37,377 bases of DNA from Acidimicrobiaceae bacterium (GTDB taxonomy: Bacteria > Actinomycetota > Acidimicrobiia > Acidimicrobiales > Palsa-688), in the NCBI GenBank assembly GCA_003158835.1, contig PMLI01000351.1, positions 1 through 37,377 of the forward strand. The letters run 5' to 3'. Both the position numbers and the translations under genes were made by a program. Shown piece after piece: positions 1 through 6,602 of this stretch (position 1 is its first letter; the number at the start of each line of letters is the position of its first letter). A model generated the notes under the pieces. The model was not told the DNA's origin. It was given only the letters and a program-made list of their open reading frames with translations, and ran no database searches.

Positions 1-147
1 GGCCTCGGCGATCTCCGCCCGGTTGCGGGCCAGGTCCTGCTTGCCGAGGGACCAGGGGACAGCGTTGTAGATGGCGGTGGCCTCTGTCATCATGGCGTTG
101 TGGTCGTCGTTCAGTTCGCGCCGGCGGACCGCCTCGCGCGCGGTCAC
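1..147 (-). CDS. hypothetical protein, N-terminal part (ORF runs off the left edge)
   Basis: GTG at 145-147 overlaps the TGA of the upstream gene (GTGA), and there is an in-frame ATG ATG at 88-93. It reads VTAREAVRRRELNDDHNAMMTEATAIYNAVPWSLGKQDLARNRAEIAEA with G/C-rich third positions. It is absent from the ORF track because no stop lies in the window. Confidence 0.5.
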   Translation of the reverse strand, partial: MTAREAVRRRELNDDHNAMMTEATAIYNAVPWSLGKQDLARNRAEIAEA

Positions 148-371
148 TCGAGATCCCTCTGGACCTGCAGCGCTGCCGCCAGCCATTCGGGCCCAAGGCG
201 TTCCACCGCCTCGAGGACCGAAGGCCAGCCCGCCTCATTGAGCCAGTCCGTCCGGTTCATCACCAGAGCCACAGCGATCTTCTCGCCGGTTGAAAGAACG
301 CCGAATTTTCGGGCGTCGGCCTTGATGTGTTCGACCAGCCCACGGATCCGGTCCACGGTCGTGAAGTTCAT
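144..371 (-). CDS. hypothetical small protein (75 aa)
   Basis: Track ORF 144..467 trimmed to ATG 369-371. That ATG has GGAGG upstream and an ATGA overlap with the stop of the 368..571 gene. The sequence looks balanced: MNFTTVDRIRGLVEHIKADARKF... Confidence 0.7.
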   Translation of the reverse strand: MNFTTVDRIRGLVEHIKADARKFGVLSTGEKIAVALVMNRTDWLNEAGWPSVLEAVERLGPEWLAAALQVQRDLE

Positions 372-571
372 CCGTACACCTCCAGGTGACCCTTCACCGT
401 GAAGCCCTCGCCCGCCAGCTCCTGGGCGATCTTGGAGAGGTTCTCGAGCGGCACGATCCAGCAGCACCGCCCGCTCGGCAGGATGTCGCGGGTGTAGGAG
501 GTCAGGCCCGCGGCCCGCTCCCGGACGGCGTCGTTCTCGAACTCCACCTTGACCAGCGCGGGACCGTTCAT
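368..571 (-). CDS. hypothetical small protein (67 aa)
   Basis: Track ORF 368..934 trimmed to ATG 569-571, which has AGGAGG upstream and an ATGA overlap with the upstream stop. The discarded N-terminal part is Arg/Pro/Gly-rich shadow sequence. Confidence 0.7.
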   Translation of the reverse strand: MNGPALVKVEFENDAVRERAAGLTSYTRDILPSGRCCWIVPLENLSKIAQELAGEGFTVKGHLEVYG

Positions 572-1011
572 CGGACGCCTCCTTGCCCGCCGAAGCGGAC
601 CGTGCGCCGCACCATGAAGCTGTGGGCGCCGGTGGTGATCGTCATCCCGGCCGCAGCGATGGACACCACGGCCAGGGCGGTGGCGACGTGCTGCCGCCGA
701 TCCGCCCGCTTGTCCAGGCTGGCTGCCTGGGCCATGACCCGGTCCCGGATCGGCTGGAGGTAGGTCAGGTCTGGAACCGCGAAGACGACGCGCGGGGCCG
801 CCATGCCCTCGAAGTCCCCGGTCGAGACCGTGTACCGGAGTGCGTCGGCCTCGGCGCGCAGGTGGTGGGCGCTCGTGGCGTAGTTGGAGGCCGTCACCCC
901 GGCGGCGACGCCGAGCGCGGCCCAGACCAGCCACTTGGGCACGCCGGCGGAAGCCGGGCGGGCGGCGAGGGTGAGGGCGAGGACCAGGGCGACGACGCGG
1001 CGGGCGCTCAC
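568..1011 (-). CDS. membrane protein, about three hydrophobic segments (147 aa)
   Basis: GTG 1009-1011 overlaps the TGA of the upstream gene (GTGA). Hydrophobic stretches are VVALVLALTLAA, WLVWAALGVAAGV and VATALAVVSIAAAGMTI. The upstream part of track ORF 568..1266 is out-of-frame shadow. Confidence 0.6.
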   Translation of the reverse strand: MSARRVVALVLALTLAARPASAGVPKWLVWAALGVAAGVTASNYATSAHHLRAEADALRYTVSTGDFEGMAAPRVVFAVPDLTYLQPIRDRVMAQAASLDKRADRRQHVATALAVVSIAAAGMTITTGAHSFMVRRTVRFGGQGGVR

Positions 1012-1205
1012 CCGAGCACCGTCGCTTTCATCTCGAGGACCGTCCGGCCCCAGATAGCGTCCATGAAGGTGACCTCGATGCTCCGGCCGTCGCTCTCGGC
1101 GGCCTCGACCGTGGCCTTGAACCCGTCCGCCATCAGGGCGTTGGGGAAGTCCCGCCGGACCTGGTCGGTGGCCATGACCAGCCGGGAAGGCGTGAAGGTC
1201 TTCAT
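1008..1205 (-). CDS. hypothetical small protein (65 aa)
   Basis: ATG 1203-1205 forms an ATGA overlap with the upstream stop. The sequence is non-repetitive: MKTFTPSRLVMATDQVRRDFPNALMADGF... Confidence 0.65.
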   Translation of the reverse strand: MKTFTPSRLVMATDQVRRDFPNALMADGFKATVEAAESDGRSIEVTFMDAIWGRTVLEMKATVLG

Positions 1206-1432
1206 GCGGCCCGCCCGTGTGCGAAGAAGAACCCATTGAGGTCCATCGCTCCAGGGGCGCGGTCAAAGGCGGCCAGGCGCTCCTGCAGGGCCCGGCGGCG
1301 GCCGAAGAAGTAGGCGCCCGGGCTCTGCTTCTTCAGGCAGTCGATGCAGATGCCGTGGCTGATCTGGGCCGCAGGCGCGTCGGCGGGTCCTCCAAGGTGC
1401 TTGTGGCAAGTGGCGCATTCGATCTTCGTCAT
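1202..1432 (-). CDS. small zinc-ribbon-like protein (76 aa)
   Basis: Two CxxC pairs (CATC ... CIDC). AAGGAGG lies a few nt upstream of the ATG. It is the first gene after the 1469-1497 promoter. Confidence 0.7.
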   Translation of the reverse strand: MTKIECATCHKHLGGPADAPAAQISHGICIDCLKKQSPGAYFFGRRRALQERLAAFDRAPGAMDLNGFFFAHGRAA

Positions 1433-1468
1433 CGTCGTCCTCCTTGTTCTTCTCCTTCCCTCTGACTT

Positions 1469-1497
1469 ATTGTATATCAGAAAGTCGGGAATTGCAA
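1469..1497 (-). promoter_or_regulatory. sigma70-type promoter of the small-gene operon
   Basis: The minus strand reads TTGCAA-17 nt-TACAAT (-35 at 1492-1497, -10 at 1469-1474). It sits in the most AT-rich spot of the window, about 35 nt upstream of the SD/ATG of gene 1202..1432. An imperfect dyad GACTT-N13-AAGTC spans the -10. Confidence 0.6.
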
Positions 1498-1502
1498 GGG
1501 GT

Positions 1503-1967
1503 TTATTTCGTGGGGGTTTTGGGACGGCGGTTGGCGGTTTGTTGGGCCGGGGTGGCCCAACGGCAATTCTCGGGGCAGTAGTTCCCGTTTACATCGATGC
1601 GGTCGATGGAGAGGCCTTCTGGGCGATCTCCCATGTCGTGATAAAAAGTCAGGAAGCTGGCGGACCATTCGGGGCAGACCTTGATCCCGCGACCACCGTA
1701 ATGTTGGTACCCGTGGACCTTCGGGTCTTCACAGCGTTTGATCATGCTCACCCAGGTTTGATATGTCCTGGAAGATGAAAGCCCGGCGCGGTCGTGTTGT
1801 GTGTGGCCGGTCTCCTCGAAGAGCAGTCGGCGCCGAATAAAATCAGAAAAAGACAGGTCGCCAGCGAGTTCCTTCAAATGGGCAAATTCCCGTCGGTTCA
1901 ATCGGAGCATGAATATCCGATCCCGGCGTTCGTTCTTGGGGAGCAGTGGCCGACCCATTCTTGTCAT
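1503..1967 (-). CDS. ribbon-helix-helix (MobC/CopG-like) N-terminus fused to an HNH/AP2-like DNA-binding or endonuclease module (154 aa)
   Basis: Track ORF 1503..2186 trimmed to ATG 1965-1967. The N-terminus RIFMLRLNRREFAHLKELAGDLSFSDFIRRRL resembles RHH MobC/CopG proteins. The C-terminus YQTWVSMIKRC..YGGRGIKVCPEW..FYHDMGDRP..SIDRIDVNGNYCPENCRWATPAQQ is the common phage module usually annotated HNH endonuclease/AP2-like. Third-position G+C is visibly lower than in neighbouring genes. Confidence 0.75.
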   Translation of the reverse strand: MTRMGRPLLPKNERRDRIFMLRLNRREFAHLKELAGDLSFSDFIRRRLLFEETGHTQHDRAGLSSSRTYQTWVSMIKRCEDPKVHGYQHYGGRGIKVCPEWSASFLTFYHDMGDRPEGLSIDRIDVNGNYCPENCRWATPAQQTANRRPKTPTK

Positions 1968-1973
1968 ACGGAA

Positions 1974-2002
1974 AGTATACCCCCTGAAAGCCTGGGCGTC
2001 AA
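1974..2002 (-). promoter_or_regulatory. sigma70-type promoter predicting a leaderless mRNA for the RHH-HNH/AP2 gene
   Basis: The minus strand reads TTGACG-17 nt-TATACT (-35 at 1997-2002, -10 at 1974-1979). The A of the ATG (1967) is the 7th nt after the -10, and there is no Shine-Dalgarno sequence. Confidence 0.55.
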
Positions 2003-2045
2003 CAAAAGAGGGCCCCCGCCCCGGACGATGAACGGGGCGGGGGCC
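2001..2045 (-). terminator. Rho-independent terminator ending the late (structural + lysis) operon
   Basis: Perfect 13-bp GC-rich stem (2011-2023 pairing with 2033-2045) and a 9-nt loop, followed on the minus strand by CUCUUUUGUU. It lies 38 nt downstream of the stop of gene 2084..2398. Confidence 0.8.
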
Positions 2046-2083
2046 TGTTGCCCCGCACGGAGGGAACGCGCGGTTAAAGCGGG

Positions 2084-2398
2084 TCAGGCCGGGGGCAGCA
2101 CTTCCCCGGTGTCTGGATCCAGGGCCACGAAGGCGTCCAGCTGGCCGTATTCCACGCTCACCTGGACCTCCGGGAGCCGGTCCCATACCTTGAGCTTCCC
2201 GTCCGCATCGAAAGCGACCCAGCCCTTCATCTGCAGGGGCGCGTCTTTGCGGACCCCGATGCAGGCGACCGAGCAGTTGCAGGTCGTCGTCTCCGGGTGG
2301 GCCTCGATCAAAGCCCCTACGATCTCGTGCTTGAAGTTGTATCCCTTGCCGCGGACTATGTCGCCGACCCTCGCCGCCCTACCGTTTGCATAATGCAT
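2084..2398 (-). CDS. hypothetical protein (104 aa), last gene of the late operon
   Basis: ATG preceded by AAGGAGG. The sequence is non-repetitive with no signal peptide or TM segment: MHYANGRAARVGDIVRGKGYNFKHEIVG... Confidence 0.7.
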   Translation of the reverse strand: MHYANGRAARVGDIVRGKGYNFKHEIVGALIEAHPETTTCNCSVACIGVRKDAPLQMKGWVAFDADGKLKVWDRLPEVQVSVEYGQLDAFVALDPDTGEVLPPA

Positions 2399-2413
2399 GG
2401 ATGCCTCCTTCGA

Positions 2414-2899
2414 TTAGAACCGCCACAGAATCACGAGGCCGGCCCGGGCTGCCCCGGTCACCCGGCCCAAGATGTCGAGTCGTCCCCCGAACCGATACCC
2501 CCCATAGAACGCGACGTCCTTCGTTTGGTACGGGGTCCAGCCGTCCGCGCCGCCGCCCAGGATCCAGCCGGAGGTCCGGGCGGGCTGTTCGAACACCGGC
2601 TCTGACGTCTTGGCGCCGTCCCGGGTGGTCACGACCGGCCCGCGGGTCACCTCGCTGGTGGTCTCGACCCGGCCGCTCGGCTCCCGCACGACCCGGACCA
2701 CGACCCGCTCGGGACCCTGGACCCGGACCTCGCGCACGACCTCCACGGTCTTGGGGTGGTCGTAGGCCAGCCGGAGCCGCTGCAGCTCCTGCCGCTGGCG
2801 CCAGCATTGGAGCGCAAGGGCCAGTAGGACGCCCCCACCGAACAGGGCCAGGGCACGCCGCCAGCCGAGGTTACGCAGATGGAGGAGGAGGGGGAGCAT
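2414..2899 (-). CDS. membrane-anchored protein, candidate envelope-disrupting (spanin-like) lysis factor (161 aa)
   Basis: N-terminal hydrophobic anchor ALALFGGGVLLALALQCW, then an Arg/Gln-rich helix (RQRQELQRLRL), then a beta-rich middle. The C-terminus is YGGYRFGGRLDILGRVTGAARAGLVILWRF and ends in an aromatic residue, like an OMP beta-signal. The ATG overlaps the holin 3' end by 29 nt. The function is inferred from position only. Confidence 0.65.
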   Translation of the reverse strand: MLPLLLHLRNLGWRRALALFGGGVLLALALQCWRQRQELQRLRLAYDHPKTVEVVREVRVQGPERVVVRVVREPSGRVETTSEVTRGPVVTTRDGAKTSEPVFEQPARTSGWILGGGADGWTPYQTKDVAFYGGYRFGGRLDILGRVTGAARAGLVILWRF

Positions 2900-3107
2900 C
2901 TTTGTCCCGGGCCTTGCCCAGGTAGGTGTCGGCCAGGGTGCCGCCGCCGATGAGGGCCGCGACGACCATGACCATCGTCATGAACTGCTCGGAGGTCAGC
3001 ATCGCCTTGGCGAAGAACACCACCGCGATCAGCAGGAGCCACAGCCCGAGCCCGAACTTGCGGGACTCGTCGAACAGGAAACCCTTCACGATGCCGGGAG
3101 CTTTCAC
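2871..3107 (-). CDS. holin, two-TM (class II-like) (78 aa)
   Basis: GTG 3105-3107 with GAGGAGG upstream. Two hydrophobic segments (FGLGLWLLLIAVVFFA, FMTMVMVVAALIGGGTLA) and a charged C-terminal tail KARDKD. It lies immediately downstream of the endolysin. Confidence 0.6.
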   Translation of the reverse strand: MKAPGIVKGFLFDESRKFGLGLWLLLIAVVFFAKAMLTSEQFMTMVMVVAALIGGGTLADTYLGKARDKDAPPPPPSA

Positions 3108-3117
3108 GTCGTCCTCC

Positions 3118-3708
3118 TCACAGCTGAAAATTCCCGGCGTCCAGCCGGGCCTTGACCTTCGCCAGGAAGTCGTGGACCGGGAAGTCGGGGCCCGGGTCCG
3201 TGTGGTCCCCCTGCTTGAAGGCCAGGGTGACCTGGGCGTGCGTCGTGACGCCGCGCCGCTTCTCGAGCAGGCCCGCGGCGTCCACGAAGAAGGGCTCGAT
3301 CTTGTGGCGGGCGCAGATCCCGGCGGTCAGGAAGGCGGCCAGGGTCATCATCTTCTGGGAGTAGGCGTCCGCCCACATGGCCGCGGTCGGCCGGCCGAGG
3401 GTCGCCATCTCGATGCCGATACCGTTGGCGTTGGCGCCCGGCGCGTGGTAGGCGACGTCCGCCTCGCGGACCGACTGGGTGATGGAGTCGCAGTCCACGG
3501 CGTAGTGCCAGGACGCGACGCGGTCGTTGGCGGCGCAGTACTTCAGGAGCCACTCGGCCCCACCCGCGGACTCGGCGACCTCGGCGCAGTGTAGCACGAC
3601 CAGGTCCACCTTGCGGGGCGTCGTGAGCGGCACGGCCCGGTAGTATTTCGCCTGCAGGAACGGGATCTCCACGATGCCCCCTTTCTTCCTGTAACTTTTC
3701 ACACCCAT
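3118..3708 (-). CDS. endolysin, N-acetylmuramoyl-L-alanine amidase (Amidase_2 / AmpD / T7-lysozyme fold) (196 aa)
   Basis: Motifs VDLVVLHCAE, SWHYAVD, AYHAPGANANGIGIE and THAQV..KQGDHTDPGPDFP match the zinc amidase_2 family signature. Confidence 0.85.
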   Translation of the reverse strand: MGVKSYRKKGGIVEIPFLQAKYYRAVPLTTPRKVDLVVLHCAEVAESAGGAEWLLKYCAANDRVASWHYAVDCDSITQSVREADVAYHAPGANANGIGIEMATLGRPTAAMWADAYSQKMMTLAAFLTAGICARHKIEPFFVDAAGLLEKRRGVTTHAQVTLAFKQGDHTDPGPDFPVHDFLAKVKARLDAGNFQL

Positions 3709-3725
3709 CGCGCTTCCAATATCTT

Positions 3726-3872
3726 ATGGAACCAAACCACCTGCGGTTCGTGCCGAAAGAGTTCATCGAAGAACTGGACCTGGACCAGATCAAAGACGAC
3801 GCCCCGAAAGAACCGGGCCGCGTCCGGTTGCTCAGTATCCCCGACGAGGAAGTCAGCGACTTCTGGCGCTGA
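3726..3872 (+). CDS. possible 48-aa acidic protein, the only plus-strand gene candidate
   Basis: An ATG..TGA ORF below the track length cutoff: MEPNHLRFVPKEFIEELDLDQIKDDAPKEPGRVRLLSIPDEEVSDFWR. Third positions are mostly G/C, better than any minus-strand frame in this 169-nt gap. It is convergent with gene 3878..4246, and a 7-bp hairpin (3852-3873) sits at the junction. No obvious SD or promoter. Confidence 0.3.
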   Translation: MEPNHLRFVPKEFIEELDLDQIKDDAPKEPGRVRLLSIPDEEVSDFWR

Positions 3873-3877
3873 CCTCT

Positions 3878-4246
3878 TTAATGCCCGTGCTTTGTCAGGA
3901 CGGTGTCCAGCTTTCGGTGGGTGTCCCGGAAGCCCTGGTTGGTCGCTGTCGCCTGTTCTCTGATCGCCCCGGCGAGATTATTAATCTCCTGCGCGACCTG
4001 CGTCCCGATTTGCACGCTCTCTTTGTACGCGCTCAAAAATTGAGCGATGATCGCGTCGTCCCGCCGCCGTCCGCCTGAATCTTCGCAGTCCCCGCTGCCC
4101 GACCACTTCTTCCAAACGCGCAGGACTGGCCGTCGCAAGACGATCACCATGAGGATCGCCGACATGAACCCGAGCATTGAAAAGAAGCCCGGCGCGTTCT
4201 TCACCAGGAACTCCAGTAGCGTCTTCACCACCTGCTCGTTTTCCAT
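3878..4246 (-). CDS. single-pass membrane protein with a helical C-terminal domain (122 aa)
   Basis: ATG preceded by GGGGGAAGG. One TM segment (FFSMLGFMSAILMVIVL) is followed by RRPVLRVWKKW, which predicts N-out/C-in topology. G+C is lower than in the flanking structural genes. Confidence 0.7.
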   Translation of the reverse strand: MENEQVVKTLLEFLVKNAPGFFSMLGFMSAILMVIVLRRPVLRVWKKWSGSGDCEDSGGRRRDDAIIAQFLSAYKESVQIGTQVAQEINNLAGAIREQATATNQGFRDTHRKLDTVLTKHGH

Positions 4247-4264
4247 CGGGCCTTCCCCCTCGTT

Positions 4265-6592
4265 TTATTTCTTCTTCTCCAGCACCGCGATGCGGGCCGT
4301 GAGGTCGTCCACCTTCTTCGACAATTCTTTGACCGCGTTCACCAGGGCGGCCTCGATGGGCCGGTCCTGCAGGGAGTACATCCCATCCTTGTTCTTCCAG
4401 GCCGCCTCGGGGAGCACGGCCGCGACGTCCTGGGCCACGAACCCGGTGTAGACGTTGACGGTGTCGAACCCGGTAGACGCCTTCCACTTGTAGTTCTTGG
4501 GCTTGAGCTGCAGGACGGTCGACAGGCCCTTGGTGAAGTCGCACTGGACGTCCTTCATGCGCACGTCGGAAACCGACGACACGTTGCCGTTGGCGTCGAA
4601 GGTGGCCGCCCCGGCGCCGAAGCTGGCGAACCGCACGGACGACGTGGTGTGCAGCTGCGCAGAGGGTGCCTCCGTCCCCAGGCCCATGCGCGATGTGGTC
4701 GTGAAGACCACCACGTCGGATCCAGCGGTCGCGTTGTAGAGCTCCATCACATGATTGGTGTCCCCACGCACGCCCCATAAAAAGCTCTGCGTCGTGTCCG
4801 TGAAGGTGAGCCAATTGTTCCCATTCGTCGCGCCCGAGATGGTGTAGGCCCCGGTCAGGGTGGCTGCCGTGTCCTTAAGCGGCACGTTCGAGGACAGCCG
4901 CGCGTCGGCGACCGTCCCGCTGGCGAGGTTGGAGGCGTTCAGCGCGGTGAGCGCCGAGCCGTTCACCGCTCCGAACGTCCCGCCCGACACGTTGGACCCG
5001 CTGATGTTCGTGATCGCGGACCCGTTGACGGCGCCGAAGGTCCCGCCGCTGACGTTGCTCCCGGAGATCCCCGTGATGGATGCGCCGCTGCCCGCGAAGG
5101 ACGTCGCCGTCAGCGCGCCGCCCGAGTATGTGATCGCCGACGAGTCCGCCAGGAGGCCGCCAGTGCTGACCAGCGCCAGCCGGCCGCTCGTCAGGCCCGT
5201 GTCCGTCACGCTCCCGGCGCGCAGGGCCGTCACGGTCCCGCTCGAGATCTTCAGGTAGTCGTTGCTCTCCTGGGGGATGTTGGCGAACAGGGTCTTGTTG
5301 GCTCCCGTCCCACCGTCGGAGAAGCCTCCCGTGTTCGTCGTGTAGAAGTTGTTCCCTATCACCTGGTACTGGTCGGCGCCGCCGGCCGCGATCTCCAGGC
5401 CGTACTTCTCCTTGGTGCTGGCGAAGCCGGCCGTGGTCCCCATGCGGTTCCCGATGAAAGAAAACTTGCTGTTCCCCGCGCCCACCCAGACGTCCGAGTA
5501 CGTGTTGGCGGACGACTGGCTGTTCCCGATGATGGAGTTCCCCACGAAGTGGACGTCCGTCCCGGCGTTGTAGTGGACCCCGTGGCTCCCGTTGTTGGCG
5601 ATCTCGGAGTTGGAAACCCGGATATCCACGATGGTCCCGGCCCCGTCCAGGTCCATCCCGTAGCCCCCGCCCACGACGCCGTTACTGCTCCACGACTCGT
5701 TGGTCGCCTTGAGGAAGCCCACCCGCGCGGAGGCGCTCGGCGAGATCTTGATCCCCGCGCCGGAGTTGTTGCTGTCCAGGATGTTGTGGCTCATGTGGAT
5801 GGGGTTCACCTCGTCGGTGCCCGTCGGGTCGATCAGGATCCCGATGCCGCCGTGGTTCACCTCCACCTGCGTGAGCCAGATCCCGCCCGAGCTGGTGATC
5901 TCGACGCCCGCCTTGGGCTGGTTCGTGGTGTCGCCGTTGATCGTGACGTGGTCCAGGGTCTGCTCGATCCCGCCGTGGACCAGGATGCCGACGGAGGTCG
6001 TGGCGGTCGTGGGCTGGATCAGGGTGTCCTTCACCACGACGAAGTTGGCCGTCTCGAGCCGGACGGACAGCCACTGGCCGACGAAGGAGCAGTTCTCGAT
6101 CTGCGCGCTGCCCCACGTGTCGAAGAAGATCGCCGACCCGGTCGACCTGAACACGGTGTAGGAGAAGCCCATCCGGCGGACGCTCCCGTTCCCGCCGCTC
6201 GAGAAGTGCAGGATGTTTTGTGTCGCGCTCGAGGCCTTGATGACGCTCCGGTCTGGGTTCTCGCCCAGGACGTCGATGGAGTTGCCGGTGTAGGTCAGCT
6301 GCGAGGAGATCTTGTAGATCCCGGCCGGGAAGAACGCGGTGCAGCCGGTGATGACCTGGCACGCGTCGAACATAGCCTGGATCGCGGCGGTGTCGTCGGT
6401 CGACCCGTCCCCGACGGCGCCCCACGCCTTGGCGTCGTAGAGCGGCCCCTTCTTCAGCCGGACCGGGACGCGGTAGGTGGCGGTGTTGGTGGTGACGTCC
6501 ACCGCGGCGCCGGTGGCGGCGCGCGCGGGCCGGGGCGCGAGGAGCGCGACGGCGGCGACGGTGCAGAGCAGGAAGCGCTGGAACGGTTTCAT
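4265..6592 (-). CDS. tailspike/depolymerase-like protein: Sec signal peptide + pectate-lyase-type beta-helix + C-terminal Peptidase_S74 intramolecular chaperone (775 aa)
   Basis: The N-terminus MKPFQRFLLCTVAAVALLAPRPARA/AT looks like a cleavable signal peptide. YDAKAWGAVGDGSTDDTAAIQAMFDAC is the Pectate_lyase_3 start motif. There is an internal tandem repeat SGSNVSGGTFGAVNGSA x2. The C-terminus SDVRMKDV...YTGFVAQDV...LVNAVKELSKKVDDLTARIAVLEKK matches the S74 chaperone domain. Confidence 0.85.
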   Translation of the reverse strand: MKPFQRFLLCTVAAVALLAPRPARAATGAAVDVTTNTATYRVPVRLKKGPLYDAKAWGAVGDGSTDDTAAIQAMFDACQVITGCTAFFPAGIYKISSQLTYTGNSIDVLGENPDRSVIKASSATQNILHFSSGGNGSVRRMGFSYTVFRSTGSAIFFDTWGSAQIENCSFVGQWLSVRLETANFVVVKDTLIQPTTATTSVGILVHGGIEQTLDHVTINGDTTNQPKAGVEITSSGGIWLTQVEVNHGGIGILIDPTGTDEVNPIHMSHNILDSNNSGAGIKISPSASARVGFLKATNESWSSNGVVGGGYGMDLDGAGTIVDIRVSNSEIANNGSHGVHYNAGTDVHFVGNSIIGNSQSSANTYSDVWVGAGNSKFSFIGNRMGTTAGFASTKEKYGLEIAAGGADQYQVIGNNFYTTNTGGFSDGGTGANKTLFANIPQESNDYLKISSGTVTALRAGSVTDTGLTSGRLALVSTGGLLADSSAITYSGGALTATSFAGSGASITGISGSNVSGGTFGAVNGSAITNISGSNVSGGTFGAVNGSALTALNASNLASGTVADARLSSNVPLKDTAATLTGAYTISGATNGNNWLTFTDTTQSFLWGVRGDTNHVMELYNATAGSDVVVFTTTSRMGLGTEAPSAQLHTTSSVRFASFGAGAATFDANGNVSSVSDVRMKDVQCDFTKGLSTVLQLKPKNYKWKASTGFDTVNVYTGFVAQDVAAVLPEAAWKNKDGMYSLQDRPIEAALVNAVKELSKKVDDLTARIAVLEKKK

Positions 6593-6602
6593 GGTTTCCC
6601 CC

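Noticed and set aside
1-10. The terminal 10-mer GGCCTCGGCG, considered as the att core duplication of an integrated prophage.
   Set aside because: There is no integrase or excisionase and no host-like flanking genes. Both edges interrupt what appears to be one phage gene. Circular closure is the simpler reading, although att cannot be excluded without flanking sequence.
2379-2899. Search for an embedded o-spanin (Rz1-like lipoprotein) in alternative frames of the spanin-position gene.
   Set aside because: The overlapping frames (for example 2379..2807) are Arg/Gly/Pro-rich and have no signal peptide or lipobox Cys. None qualifies.
4950-5075. Tandem repeat in the tailspike gene (SGSNVSGGTFGAVNGSA x2), considered as a DGR variable region or other hypervariable cassette.
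   Set aside because: The two DNA copies differ at many positions, mostly synonymous. There is no reverse transcriptase or template repeat anywhere in the window. It looks like an ordinary protein-level structural repeat.
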